From Desulfobacterales bacterium (GTDB lineage Bacteria; Desulfobacterota; Desulfobacteria; Desulfobacterales; UBA5852): DNA of 64,000 bases. The stretch's first letter is position 1, and each line of letters starts with the position of its first letter. The notes beneath the pieces were generated by a model that was not told the origin of the DNA, made no database searches, and worked only from the letters and a program-made list of their open reading frames with translations. A program made the translations under genes and the position numbers. This document shows positions 48,481 through 58,248 of this stretch, in pieces. The stretch covers positions 1,024,001 to 1,088,000 of the forward strand of contig CAXXVS010000003.1 of assembly GCA_963674755.2 (NCBI GenBank), in the 5' to 3' direction.

Positions 48481-48900
48481 TCGATCCTGAAAAAGTCGCG
48501 TAAGGCAACAGCCAAAAAGGCGGATGATCTTTGAAGGTAAGCCAACCAATTGAGCAAGAGGCGCGCAAAGTCTGCTGCAGACCGCAGCCGTTTGTGAAAG
48601 TCTATCTCAGCGGCATTGAGGATAGCGTTGGTCTGATCGCCATAAGTGCCCTTGAGCCGATGGCAGTCCATGCGCTGGTCACGCTTTAAATGTCAGATCA
48701 CCTTCGGTGAGTGGCCACTACACTGACTTTGCAGCCAAATCCGTAGCACTTGTGAGCCTTGCCTTTGCTGATGCACGCCAGGGCCGGCTCGTGAACACGG
48801 TAGATTTTGTTTTTGTCGTGGCGACGGACTCTCCGATGCGCTCTCGCCAGCGGGTCATGCGGGGTGGATCGATGGGCAGATCGAGATAGAGAGAATTTTT
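48479..48900 (-). mobile_element. heavily deleted IS5-family transposase remnant
   Basis: Fragments LPIDPPRMTRWRERIGES, DKNKIYRVHEPALACISKGKAHKCYGFGCKVSV, MDCHRLKGTYGDQTNAILNAA; probable end TTTTTCAGGATCGACTA. Confidence 0.85.
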
Positions 48901-48935
48901 ATAGGATAAACCTGCCCCAGACCACAAGAAGCTTT

Positions 48936-49856
48936 TTAGCCAGCAGCGGGTGACGGCGCCCCCCTATTTGCCAGCACCGAAAAAAAGACCACGAATCCGT
49001 AAAAAGGGATCAAGTAGATTACACTGAGGGTGGCCGCTAGGGGCTCGTTCATCTCAACGGCCAAGGCAATGATCATAATATTGTTACCCCAAACCTGGCT
49101 GCCTGATGCGGCTACCCGGTTGGCCCAGCTCCGGGACCGGGCGAAGCCCCAGCCAAGAATGGCCAGCATCAGGGACAGCCCTATGGAATAAACCACACAA
49201 TAAAGAATCTGTTCAGGGTTGGCCTTGAGATAGGGGAGGTAGCGACCCAGCGCCCCGAAATTTATCCCTACGAGCACGACCATTGAAATCGGATAGCTTA
49301 TCCGGTTCAGGGGTTCAAGCAGTTCCGGCAACAGCGCCCGGAATACAAACGCCGCTGCGAGGGGGATAAAAATAATCATGGCCAGAAATAGGGCCATATC
49401 CGTCAGGGCATAGTCCAAAGTGACATGGGCCAATAACTTGACCATTACAGGCAGGCTGATCGGCACAACCAGGCTGGTCACCACGGCCATGACCAGGCTG
49501 TAAGAGATGTTGCCCCGGCACAGGGAGGTAAAAAAAGGAGAAGACACGCCCGTGGAGACCCCGGCCAGCAGGAGCATGGAAAGTGCCAAGGGGGGGTACA
49601 ATGCCAAAGTGACCCAGTACGCCACGACGGGTGCAATTATGAGGCGCAGCAAGGATCCCAAGATGATTCCCGCCCAGTTCGACATCAGGGCCCGGCCGAC
49701 ATCCGTCGGAGATATTTTAATAAAGGAAAGAAAGAGCAAGGTCATCATCAGGTATTTAATGGTTACGGAAACAGCAGCAGAAGGCCCCGGGAAAACGAGC
49801 CCGATCAGAAGCGTACCATATAGCACGACGATCAATATATAATCTTGCTTTCGCAT
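48936..49856 (-). CDS. bile acid:sodium symporter (BASS)-family transporter
   Basis: About 9-10 TM segments; LMMTLLFLSF, STGVSSPFF..RGN..SL..VTSL..P. Confidence 0.75.
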   Translation of the reverse strand: MRKQDYILIVVLYGTLLIGLVFPGPSAAVSVTIKYLMMTLLFLSFIKISPTDVGRALMSNWAGIILGSLLRLIIAPVVAYWVTLALYPPLALSMLLLAGVSTGVSSPFFTSLCRGNISYSLVMAVVTSLVVPISLPVMVKLLAHVTLDYALTDMALFLAMIIFIPLAAAFVFRALLPELLEPLNRISYPISMVVLVGINFGALGRYLPYLKANPEQILYCVVYSIGLSLMLAILGWGFARSRSWANRVAASGSQVWGNNIMIIALAVEMNEPLAATLSVIYLIPFYGFVVFFSVLANRGAPSPAAG

Positions 49857-49865
49857 TTATCTTTT

Positions 49866-50549
49866 CTAAAACGATCGTGTCACGATTTGGCACACAAAGG
49901 GAATAAATATGGCGGGCAGCATATTGCCGATTTTTATTGTTTTGATTTCCAACAGCCCAAGGCCGATGGCCATGATCAATAGTCCCCCTACAGCCGACAT
50001 CTGCGAAACAACTTCGGGCACCAAGAATCCTTTGATAGCCGAGGCGGCAACGGTGATCAGCCCTTGATAAAGGAAGACGGATACAGCGGAAAACAAAACG
50101 CCGATCCCTAACGTCGAGGCAAACAGAATGGATGTGATGCCATCGATAACGGATTTGGCAAATAATGTCTGGTGATTCCCGGACAGTCCGCTTTCCAAAG
50201 CGCCGACGATGGCCATGGCCCCAATACAAAAAAGGAGACTGGCATTTACGAATCCTTTGGAGACACTTTGGCCGTCCCCTGAACACATGCGGCCGAGCCA
50301 GTTGCCGAGACGATTGAGCCTCTTCTCGATGCCAAGCAGTTCCCCTAAAAAGCTGCCAATCACCAGGCTGTAGATAACGACCACGGTGGCATCCGTGTTC
50401 AGGGCGGTCCGCAGGCCGATCATAACAACAGCCAGCCCGATGGCATGCATTATTGTTTGGCTGTATTGACGGGGAATGCTTCCCCTGAAGAGCAGACCGA
50501 TCAGACTTCCCAAAATGATACTCAACGTGTTGACAACGGTTCCAATCAT
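49866..50549 (-). CDS. DUF554 (YdfK-like) membrane protein
   Basis: MIGTVVN, GFVNASLLFCIGAMAIVG, KSVIDG, IGNMLPA. Confidence 0.9.
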   Translation of the reverse strand: MIGTVVNTLSIILGSLIGLLFRGSIPRQYSQTIMHAIGLAVVMIGLRTALNTDATVVVIYSLVIGSFLGELLGIEKRLNRLGNWLGRMCSGDGQSVSKGFVNASLLFCIGAMAIVGALESGLSGNHQTLFAKSVIDGITSILFASTLGIGVLFSAVSVFLYQGLITVAASAIKGFLVPEVVSQMSAVGGLLIMAIGLGLLEIKTIKIGNMLPAIFIPFVCQIVTRSF

Positions 50550-50746
50550 CGAACGCTCGACATGGATGGCACCTAAATGCAGCGGAATAGACGACGTCAA
50601 TGCCAAAGAGGCGACAGCCGGGGGCCCACCGATGGTAGCAGGCGCTTGCCCCAAAATGTGGTAAGCGAAGATTGCGCATACCGCATCCTATAAAGAATGC
50701 GATATGCGCAGCAGGGGACTTGCTCAAGGTTGGGATAGGGTATCAT

Positions 50747-50809
50747 TTGCAGGTTATCCGGGTCGAGATCGGTGACGATATAAGGGCCAACCGTACTGAA
50801 GGTGTCAAA
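50747..50809 (-). repeat. 63-bp copy of part of the FAH gene (54487-54549)
   Basis: 57/63 identical by manual alignment; encodes FDTFSTVGPYIVTDLDPDNLQ versus FDTFSAFGPYIVTDLDPNNLQ. Confidence 0.85.
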
Positions 50810-50895
50810 GCATGATGTGGCTACGGACATACTTCATGGTTGTGCCCATCTCGAACCACGCATCCCACGAATAGCGAAAAATCCGTGGACGGAAC

Positions 50896-52392
50896 TCATT
50901 GTTCCGGCACTTTCTTCTTGAACAGCCAGGCTGCTATGAAAGGCGACGTCCATAAAATGATGGTGACCACGCCTAATACCAGGCTGACAGGGCGCTCTAA
51001 GAAAGACATGAGCTGCCATTCGCTTTTGATCATGGAAACCATGAAGCTATCTTCCAACAGTCTGCCCAACACCAAACCCAGTATGGCCGGCGCGACGGGA
51101 ATATCGTTCACCTCCATGAAGTATGCCAATATGCCGCAAAACAGCATGATCCCCACGTCAAATGTAGCGTTGTTAATGGCAAAGGCCCCCACAATGCAGA
51201 ATATTAAGATAACCGGCATCAGAATCTTACGCGGCACCCGCAGCATCTGGCAGCCTGCCAGGATGGCCATAAAGCCAAAGGGAATCAGGAGCAAGTTGGC
51301 CAGAATAAAGGTGATATATACCGCGTATAGAATTTCCGGGGTTTGCTGGAATATCATCGGGCCGGGCTTGAGGCCTTTCATGAACAGCACCCCGATCACG
51401 ATGGCCGTAATAGAGTCTCCGGGGATGCCAAAGACCAGGGCAGGTACCCATGCCCCGCTTAAGCCGGCGTTGTTGGCGGTCCCCGCATCCACGATGCCTT
51501 CTATGTGACCTGTGCCATACTTCTCCGGGGTTTTGGAGAATTTCTTTGAAAGCGCATACGCAATCCAGGCACCGATATCAGCGCCCGCACCGGGCAGGAT
51601 ACCCACCGCCGTACCAAGGAGGCTGGAGCGCATTATATTCAGTTTGTATTTACGCACCGTTTTACCGACACCCTTAAACATATTTTTCAAGATGACCGCG
51701 CACTGGGTGCCGGAAAGATCGCCGGTGGATACGTTGCGCATCACTTCGGACACACCGAACATGCCAATCATGGCCGGAATGAAGTTGAAGCCGTTCATTA
51801 AGTCCGTGCTCCCGAAGGTGAAACGGGCAAAACCGAAGGTCTCAGATACACCCACCGTGGTCATCATAAGACCGATGAGGAGTGAGATTAGGCCTTTAAT
51901 TAAAGAGCCCTTGCTGACAAGAACCGAGCAGGACAGGCCAATGCAGGCAAGCCAGAAGTATTCATAGCAGGTAAACTGCATGGCTACCTCGGCTAGGAAC
52001 GGCGCAAGGACGATCAGTATTAAAGAACCTATTAAACCGCCGATAGCCGCTACAATGACATCCGTGCCCAGCACAAAGCCCGCCTTGCCCGCCAGAGTCA
52101 AGGCGTGGGATTCATCCACGTATGCCGCTGAAGAAGGCGTGCCCGGAATACGCACCAGTGCGCCAGGGATATCGCCGGCAAAAATAGCCATGGCCTCCAT
52201 GGTTACGATGGCCGCCAAGGCGGGTACCGGGTCCATGAAAAAAGTTACCGGCACCAAAAGGGCGGTGGCCATGGTGGCGGTCAGCCCGGGTATGGATCCC
52301 ACAAACAGGCCATAAGCACCTGCGACAAAGATTACCATCAATACGTAGGGCTGAAAAACGAGCCCGCCCGCAACTAGAATATGTTCTAACAT
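50896..52392 (-). CDS. tctA: tripartite tricarboxylate transporter large subunit
   Basis: GSIPGLTAT, RIPGTPSS, GILPGAG, FGIPGDS, GLKPGP. Confidence 0.93.
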   Translation of the reverse strand: MLEHILVAGGLVFQPYVLMVIFVAGAYGLFVGSIPGLTATMATALLVPVTFFMDPVPALAAIVTMEAMAIFAGDIPGALVRIPGTPSSAAYVDESHALTLAGKAGFVLGTDVIVAAIGGLIGSLILIVLAPFLAEVAMQFTCYEYFWLACIGLSCSVLVSKGSLIKGLISLLIGLMMTTVGVSETFGFARFTFGSTDLMNGFNFIPAMIGMFGVSEVMRNVSTGDLSGTQCAVILKNMFKGVGKTVRKYKLNIMRSSLLGTAVGILPGAGADIGAWIAYALSKKFSKTPEKYGTGHIEGIVDAGTANNAGLSGAWVPALVFGIPGDSITAIVIGVLFMKGLKPGPMIFQQTPEILYAVYITFILANLLLIPFGFMAILAGCQMLRVPRKILMPVILIFCIVGAFAINNATFDVGIMLFCGILAYFMEVNDIPVAPAILGLVLGRLLEDSFMVSMIKSEWQLMSFLERPVSLVLGVVTIILWTSPFIAAWLFKKKVPEQ

Positions 52393-52394
52393 GA

Positions 52395-52853
52395 TTAAAA
52401 GCCCCACAGCCCCCAAGGGAGCGGTACCATCAGTATTTTAGCAAACAAAAGATATATCCCCATGGTCACAGTGGCTGACATAAGGATGGTCCATTGCCAG
52501 GATGTGCCCAGCCACTTCATCAAAAAAGCCATTAAGATCAGCGAAGTTAACAAAAAACCCACATGGTCTGCCACCAGCATGTAGGTTACGATGATGCCTA
52601 AAACCAATAGGATATTCACCACAGCCGCCGCGCCCAGCCCAACCCATTGGGCATGAAGAATCCTTTCGCCGCGCCGGATGCTTCCCAAGGCTAACCCAAT
52701 CCCGGCTACGATGAATAATCCGGCCAACACGTTTGGGAAAAACTCTGGGCCGGGCAAACCGTCGGGCTGGGCCGGAAAACCCCGCGTATACATCATAACG
52801 GCTAGCCCGAAAACGATAGCGCAAAAACCGATCAGGGAGTTGCTTAATCGCAT
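52395..52853 (-). CDS. tctB: tripartite tricarboxylate transporter small subunit
   Basis: Four TM segments, PGPEFFP, C-terminal L.VPLP.G. Confidence 0.88.
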   Translation of the reverse strand: MRLSNSLIGFCAIVFGLAVMMYTRGFPAQPDGLPGPEFFPNVLAGLFIVAGIGLALGSIRRGERILHAQWVGLGAAAVVNILLVLGIIVTYMLVADHVGFLLTSLILMAFLMKWLGTSWQWTILMSATVTMGIYLLFAKILMVPLPWGLWGF

Positions 52854-52950
52854 GGGATCAATACCTTTGCCATTGTAAAACCGGTGGGCCGAAAACCGGC
52901 CCATCGATTTTACGATTGTTTGCGTCATAATAATCAGATCTGATTTGGCA

Positions 52951-53919
52951 TTACTTGATCAGGCCTGCCGCTTTCATAACCTCGCCGAAGCTCTCATCGG
53001 AGGAAGCCACATACTCGGTGAAGTCGGACGATCCCATCCAGATCATGCCAAAGCCGCGATTCTTCATGAACTCTTGGAATTCAGCGCTGTTGTACACTTT
53101 AGCAATGGCCGCTTCCAACACCGCTGTAATTTCCTTGGGGGTCCCCTTGGGAGCTGCGATGCCGCGCCAAACCGCAAAGGTCCAATCCGAGCCCAGTTCT
53201 TTCAGAGTGGGGACGTCGGGGTAGATGGGGTTTCGCTGGTCGCTCATGACAGCCAGAGGTTTAACTTTGCCGGCATCGATCAAAGTCGCTGCTTCGGGCA
53301 AGGAGCAGATGGCCATGTCGATGCCTTTGGCCATTAGGTCCTGCAGTGCCGGCGCGGCACCCTTGCTGGGAATCCACTTGACGTCAGTGGTATCAAAGCC
53401 CAGCGATTGCAGCCAGCCGGCCATGGCCAGGTGCCAGGGACCGCCTCTTCCGACACCCGAGCCTGCCAGCTTACCGGGACTGCTTTTGATCTGATCAATC
53501 AACTTCGCGTAATCCCCGAAGGAATCAGGGCGTACGTTGATGGCTGCGTAATCAGCGTTGACCAGGGCGATGAAAGTCATGTCTCGATAGGTGAGATCCG
53601 TAAGGCCCATCCAATGCATCATATCAATTTCCGACACGGGCATGCCAATGGTGTAGCCATCGGGTTTTGCGGTGGCAATGGCGGTATGACCAACCACACC
53701 GCTACCGCCGGTGCGATTCACAACGTTGACCGGGACACCCAGTTCTTTTTTGAGTAAAGTAGCGATCATTCGCGAAACGGCATCGGTTCCGCCACCAGCC
53801 CCATAGGGGCAAATTAACTGGATAGGCCGATCCGGGTATTCGGCCATTGCCGTGCCCGTAACCGCGCCAAGCGCTAGAATCAAACTCAGAATGAACACGA
53901 ATGCGACATTACGACTCAT
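52951..53919 (-). CDS. tctC: tripartite tricarboxylate transporter binding protein
   Basis: YPDRPI..PYGAGGGTD..R, NRTGGSG, KPDGYT, PDVPTLKE, WRG. Confidence 0.93.
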   Translation of the reverse strand: MSRNVAFVFILSLILALGAVTGTAMAEYPDRPIQLICPYGAGGGTDAVSRMIATLLKKELGVPVNVVNRTGGSGVVGHTAIATAKPDGYTIGMPVSEIDMMHWMGLTDLTYRDMTFIALVNADYAAINVRPDSFGDYAKLIDQIKSSPGKLAGSGVGRGGPWHLAMAGWLQSLGFDTTDVKWIPSKGAAPALQDLMAKGIDMAICSLPEAATLIDAGKVKPLAVMSDQRNPIYPDVPTLKELGSDWTFAVWRGIAAPKGTPKEITAVLEAAIAKVYNSAEFQEFMKNRGFGMIWMGSSDFTEYVASSDESFGEVMKAAGLIK

Positions 53920-54258
53920 CTCAACCTCCCCATACAATTGATGTTTTGGCATGAACCAACTACACCACGTAGTTGATTCGCCAAACACGTCGTTAGGTAT
54001 CTTTTCCCAGGTATCAAATAACGATTATCCATCGACGAAAGCCATCCCTATCGTTTTCTTGGCAATCAAAAACCATGTCATCGACGGGTTAAAGAATAAA
54101 AACCGACGACAACCGTATTCAAACCGGTTTGTCCCTATGGGGGAGTATTGGGACGCAGACGCTGCGGGCTCCACCGGCGATTTTATCCGATAAACCAGGA
54201 CATCTTCCATGTCGGGTAGAAGATGTCGGTCTGGCTTAGGCGTAAATTAAGGCGGTAT

Positions 54259-55020
54259 CTATGCCGCCTTGACCGTGTTTGAAAGCGTACCTGTTTTTTC
54301 TATTTGGACTTCCACCACATCGCCGGGTTCCATGGGTGCGATGCCTTTTGGTGTTCCGGTGGTCACGATATCGCCCGGGCAAAGGGTGAGGCACCGGGAC
54401 AGGTAACTTAACAAGGTTTCCACATCGAACACGCATTGGCTTGTATTGTCATCCTGCATCAATTCACCGTTAAGATAAGTTTTCACTTGCAGGTTATTCG
54501 GGTCGAGATCGGTGACGATATAGGGGCCAAAAGCGCTGAAGGTGTCAAAACTTTTCGATATGGTGAGATTGAAAGGATTCTTGGCAACCAGATCACGTTC
54601 GGTTATGTCATTAAAACAAGAATAACCTAAGATGTATTGTTTTGCCTTCTCTTCCGGGACATCTTTCATGGTTTTTTTGATAACCACCGCTAATTCGCCT
54701 TCGTAGTCGACGCGGGTGGCCGTCTTCGGATAGACAATCGCATCCCCCGGTCCGATCAGCGATGAAGGGGGTTTCAAAAAATAGAGCGGTTCTTCGGGTG
54801 GGGTCGCTCCGATCTCCTTGATGTGTTCCAGATAGTTCTGGCCGATACAGACAATCTTGGTCGGCAATATGGGGGGAAGCAAATCGACTTCTGCGAGCGG
54901 GTATCGCTTTCCGGTCTCGGCCGGATCGCCTAAAATGGAACCATCGAGCTCGAGCAGATCTTCACCGGAAACAATACCGAAATGGACTTGGCCGTCGTGG
55001 GAATACCGGGCATATTTCAT
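54259..55020 (-). CDS. fumarylacetoacetate hydrolase-family protein
   Basis: KIVCIGQNY..H, FLKP, DYEGEL, NDITER, KSFDTF, GDIVTTGTP. Confidence 0.95.
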   Translation of the reverse strand: MKYARYSHDGQVHFGIVSGEDLLELDGSILGDPAETGKRYPLAEVDLLPPILPTKIVCIGQNYLEHIKEIGATPPEEPLYFLKPPSSLIGPGDAIVYPKTATRVDYEGELAVVIKKTMKDVPEEKAKQYILGYSCFNDITERDLVAKNPFNLTISKSFDTFSAFGPYIVTDLDPNNLQVKTYLNGELMQDDNTSQCVFDVETLLSYLSRCLTLCPGDIVTTGTPKGIAPMEPGDVVEVQIEKTGTLSNTVKAA

Positions 55021-55085
55021 GGGAAATCTCCTTTTTATTGATAAGCCATCTCATATCGAGCGGAAAAACATTTTTGAGATAGCAT

Positions 55086-55922
55086 CTAGTCGCGCAGCCA
55101 TTCGGGGAGCTCGGCGTCCGGTACCCCGGCGAAACAGCACTGATAGCGGCATTTCGCACAACTTCCCTTGAACCCCGGCAATGTGGGTTCGCCTTTAATT
55201 CCTTCGACGATGGCGATGGCTTTCTTGACATTTTCTTCCGGGCCGTCGATCACCAGGACCACCGCTCCGGCCGATTCGCCAATACCTCCCGAGGCCACGT
55301 GCTTGGCATCCACATCGGCCAGAATTTTCAAGGCCTGGATTTCGGTGACGACCTCCGCATTTGGGATCAAGAACATGCCGAAATCGGCCCCCATTGTATA
55401 ATCCAATGTTTTGGCACCCGTGTAAGCACAGGCTTCATCGACGTTTGGCACCAGTTTCTCGAGACCAACGGGTACGATATATTTCAGTCCTTGAGACACT
55501 GCGGTACCCAAGGTTACCCCCATGGTGCCGCCGTCGAAGCCGGAAGAGATAACCGCCACCTTGCCGTTTACGTCGATCGCATTGGCCCCCTTGATGAGAA
55601 CGGTCTCCTTATGAAAGTCGGTGAGGGCCTCGGGCAGAGATTTCTCGGATTGCTCTCCCTTATATAAGATAATCGGAAACGGTGTGCGCTTGTCCGCATC
55701 CGTCACACAGAGCATCCTGTGCGAACTGGTGCCGGCCGTAAATTTCTCCGGCGGGATATCCACGCGGCCGCAGATTTCCTGCGCTACATAGGCATTGGTC
55801 GTTCCACCGTTAATAATCACATAACCCTTTGCGCTGGCGGTTTTGACGGCAGGCATCTGGGCGACACCTTTTCCAATAAGTCTTCTCGATTCTGATGGGA
55901 CGAGCGTTACAGCAGCTTTCAT
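55086..55922 (-). CDS. conserved hypothetical protein with a C-terminal Cys cluster
   Basis: TL.PSESRRLIGKG, GTTNAYVA, IKGANAID, GGT.G, PVGLEK, GGIGESAGAV, CAKCRYQCC. Confidence 0.8.
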   Translation of the reverse strand: MKAAVTLVPSESRRLIGKGVAQMPAVKTASAKGYVIINGGTTNAYVAQEICGRVDIPPEKFTAGTSSHRMLCVTDADKRTPFPIILYKGEQSEKSLPEALTDFHKETVLIKGANAIDVNGKVAVISSGFDGGTMGVTLGTAVSQGLKYIVPVGLEKLVPNVDEACAYTGAKTLDYTMGADFGMFLIPNAEVVTEIQALKILADVDAKHVASGGIGESAGAVVLVIDGPEENVKKAIAIVEGIKGEPTLPGFKGSCAKCRYQCCFAGVPDAELPEWLRD

Positions 55923-56049
55923 GTTGTTCTCCTTTTTCGATTTAAGGACCGCAGGCTAACTCTTCTAAGACGTCCACATGCCGACTGAAGATGACCGTTC
56001 GATAAGAGAACGGCCGTACTTCGGCCAGGTGTTGTTAAAAACAGGTGCG

Positions 56050-56841
56050 CTACAACAGGCCGCGGTAAGCACCGCCATCAACAAGGATGTTTTGCCCGGT
56101 AATGTATCCGGCTGGCATACTGGCTAAAAAGGCCGCCAGCGCTCCGAAATCGGACGGATCGCCCATCGTACCGATCGGAATGTCGGCTGCCATTTCCTCG
56201 TAAACCTGCTCGACCGGCTTGGTTTCACGCGCGGCGGTATCCTGGGCCACCTGATTCACGCGCGATGTCTTGTGGATACCGGGTAGCAACGCATTGACGG
56301 TAATCCCATAAGGCGCCAGCTCGGTTGCTATGGTTTTGAGGAATCCGGTCAAACCGGCCCGGGCCATATTGGATAACAGCAGGTTGCCGATGGGTTGTTT
56401 GACGGAAATAGATGTAATTGCAATGATTCGGCCCCAACGTTTGGATTGCATTCCCGCGGCAACACCATGGATCAGATGGACGGCACTCAGCAAATTCAGC
56501 TCCAGAGCTGTCGGGTAGGCCTCGATCGGAGTGCTGGCAAAGGTGCCGGGAGGCGGTCCGCCCGCATTGGTCACCAGGATATCCGGCGCGCCCACCGAAT
56601 CACAGACCGAGGCCAGCAGGCTTTGAATATCTTCGGGTCGGCTCACGTCAGCGCCAAATCCTATGACTTCGGTTCCGGTCTTGGTTGCAATCTTTTGGGC
56701 CGCCTGTTCGGCATCGCCGGTGTGACGGGCGCAGACGGCGACCCGGCATCCTTCGGCGGCCAGTTTTTCGGCGCAACCGAATCCCAAGCCCCTGCTGGCC
56801 GCGGCTACCAGAGCGGTTTTCCCCCTGATTCCGAAATCCAT
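56050..56841 (-). CDS. SDR oxidoreductase
   Basis: ALVAAASRGLG, DILVTNAGGPP, WGRI, ITGQNILVDGG. Confidence 0.93.
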   Translation of the reverse strand: MDFGIRGKTALVAAASRGLGFGCAEKLAAEGCRVAVCARHTGDAEQAAQKIATKTGTEVIGFGADVSRPEDIQSLLASVCDSVGAPDILVTNAGGPPPGTFASTPIEAYPTALELNLLSAVHLIHGVAAGMQSKRWGRIIAITSISVKQPIGNLLLSNMARAGLTGFLKTIATELAPYGITVNALLPGIHKTSRVNQVAQDTAARETKPVEQVYEEMAADIPIGTMGDPSDFGALAAFLASMPAGYITGQNILVDGGAYRGLL

Positions 56842-56863
56842 CGTGATTCCTCTCGTTGGGTGC

Positions 56864-58180
56864 TCACAGGTCGTTTTCGCCTATCGCATCGGCCGCCAAC
56901 TGGATCGGGTGTACCGTCCGAACTTTCGATCCGTTGCCTAGCTGCGCCGCAATCGTCATACGGCAACCCGGACAACCGGTAGCAAGGATAGACGCGCCTG
57001 TACGCTGTATATTTTTAATCTTTTTAGACGTTATCGCGGCAGCGATTTCCGGATGGTCCACCTGAAAGACACCCCCGCCGCCGCAGCATTTTTCGGCCTC
57101 CGGCATCTCGACGAAGTTCGCATTGGGCAGTCGCCGAAAAAACGCGCGCAATTGGGGGCCGACGCCTTGGCCTTTCGATAAGTGGCAGGGATCGTGATAG
57201 GTGAAAGTCACAGGATGGCGATTGTCTAAGAGTTCCGGCAACCACACGTGGTTCTCGGCAACGAACTCCATCACGTCACGTGTTTTTTCAGACAGGCGTA
57301 CCGCGGCATCAATCAGGGCATCGTCAACGTTTTGGCCATCTGCTTTCATCTCTTTAAGCAGTGGAACATATTCCCGGCGAAGGGCCGCGCCGCAGGTCGC
57401 GCAGTCAACGATTACCGCGTCGCTATCGGCCCGCGAAAAGGTTTCGACCACGTCACGGATGCTTTCAAGCGCCAACTCCCTTGCGCCCGATAAAATAATC
57501 GGAATACCGCAGCATCCTTGTCCTTTCGGTGTTTCGACCTCAACGCCCATACGGGGCAGCACCTTGAGAACGGCCTTGCCGATCTCATCGGAGAGATAGT
57601 TGGTCGCGCAGCCGTGAAAATAGAGGACACGGGCGCGTATCGGCCCGACGGCCGGCGTTTTCGCGGGGGCCGTATGGTTGAACGGCTGTTGGTTGTATGG
57701 GGGAATCCCGGCCACGGGAATGTTGGCGGGCGCGCCACGCATGATGAGCCTTCTGAAATGCCGGTCGGCCCAAGCCGCAAAGCGCGCCGAGGCCGATAGC
57801 ATCCACTTTTTAGCCAAAATGCGGTAAATGGCTTTTTTGCGCCAATCGATGCCGATTTGCCGTGTTGCCAGCCAACGCATACCGGAGAACAGCTGGGTGC
57901 TTTGCACACCGCTCGGGCAGGCAGTCATACAGGCCCCGCATAGCAGACAACGGGAAAGGATTTCCTTCATCGATGGCGAAAGCCCCAGGCTGGCTTCCAG
58001 AATTCGCTTTGATAATTGAACCTTGCCGCGCGGACTGACGGTCTCTGTCAAACACACTTGATAGACAGGGCAGGCGCTTAGACAAAGTCCGCATTTGCTG
58101 CAATTATCCGGCTTGGAAATGACGCCCTGCAAGGAGGGCGTATCCTTACGGGTATTGTTCGCAGACGGCTGTCGTTTCAT
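56864..58180 (-). CDS. GlcF-like Fe-S subunit (2x 4Fe-4S plus CCG domains)
   Basis: CSKCGLCLSACP, CLLCGACMTACP, CCG, YHDPCHL, CCGGGG, CPGC; start uncertain. Confidence 0.92.
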   Translation of the reverse strand: MKRQPSANNTRKDTPSLQGVISKPDNCSKCGLCLSACPVYQVCLTETVSPRGKVQLSKRILEASLGLSPSMKEILSRCLLCGACMTACPSGVQSTQLFSGMRWLATRQIGIDWRKKAIYRILAKKWMLSASARFAAWADRHFRRLIMRGAPANIPVAGIPPYNQQPFNHTAPAKTPAVGPIRARVLYFHGCATNYLSDEIGKAVLKVLPRMGVEVETPKGQGCCGIPIILSGARELALESIRDVVETFSRADSDAVIVDCATCGAALRREYVPLLKEMKADGQNVDDALIDAAVRLSEKTRDVMEFVAENHVWLPELLDNRHPVTFTYHDPCHLSKGQGVGPQLRAFFRRLPNANFVEMPEAEKCCGGGGVFQVDHPEIAAAITSKKIKNIQRTGASILATGCPGCRMTIAAQLGNGSKVRTVHPIQLAADAIGENDL

Positions 58181-58248
58181 CTCGGGACCCCTCAATCTTC
58201 CCATACGCGTTTTCCCGAATCGTTCATCCATACAGTCCCGCAAGAAGA

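Noticed and set aside
54025..54210. 61-aa ORF between FAH and tctC, and short ORFs at 59561-59820
   Set aside because: No motifs or convincing RBS; cannot be supported.
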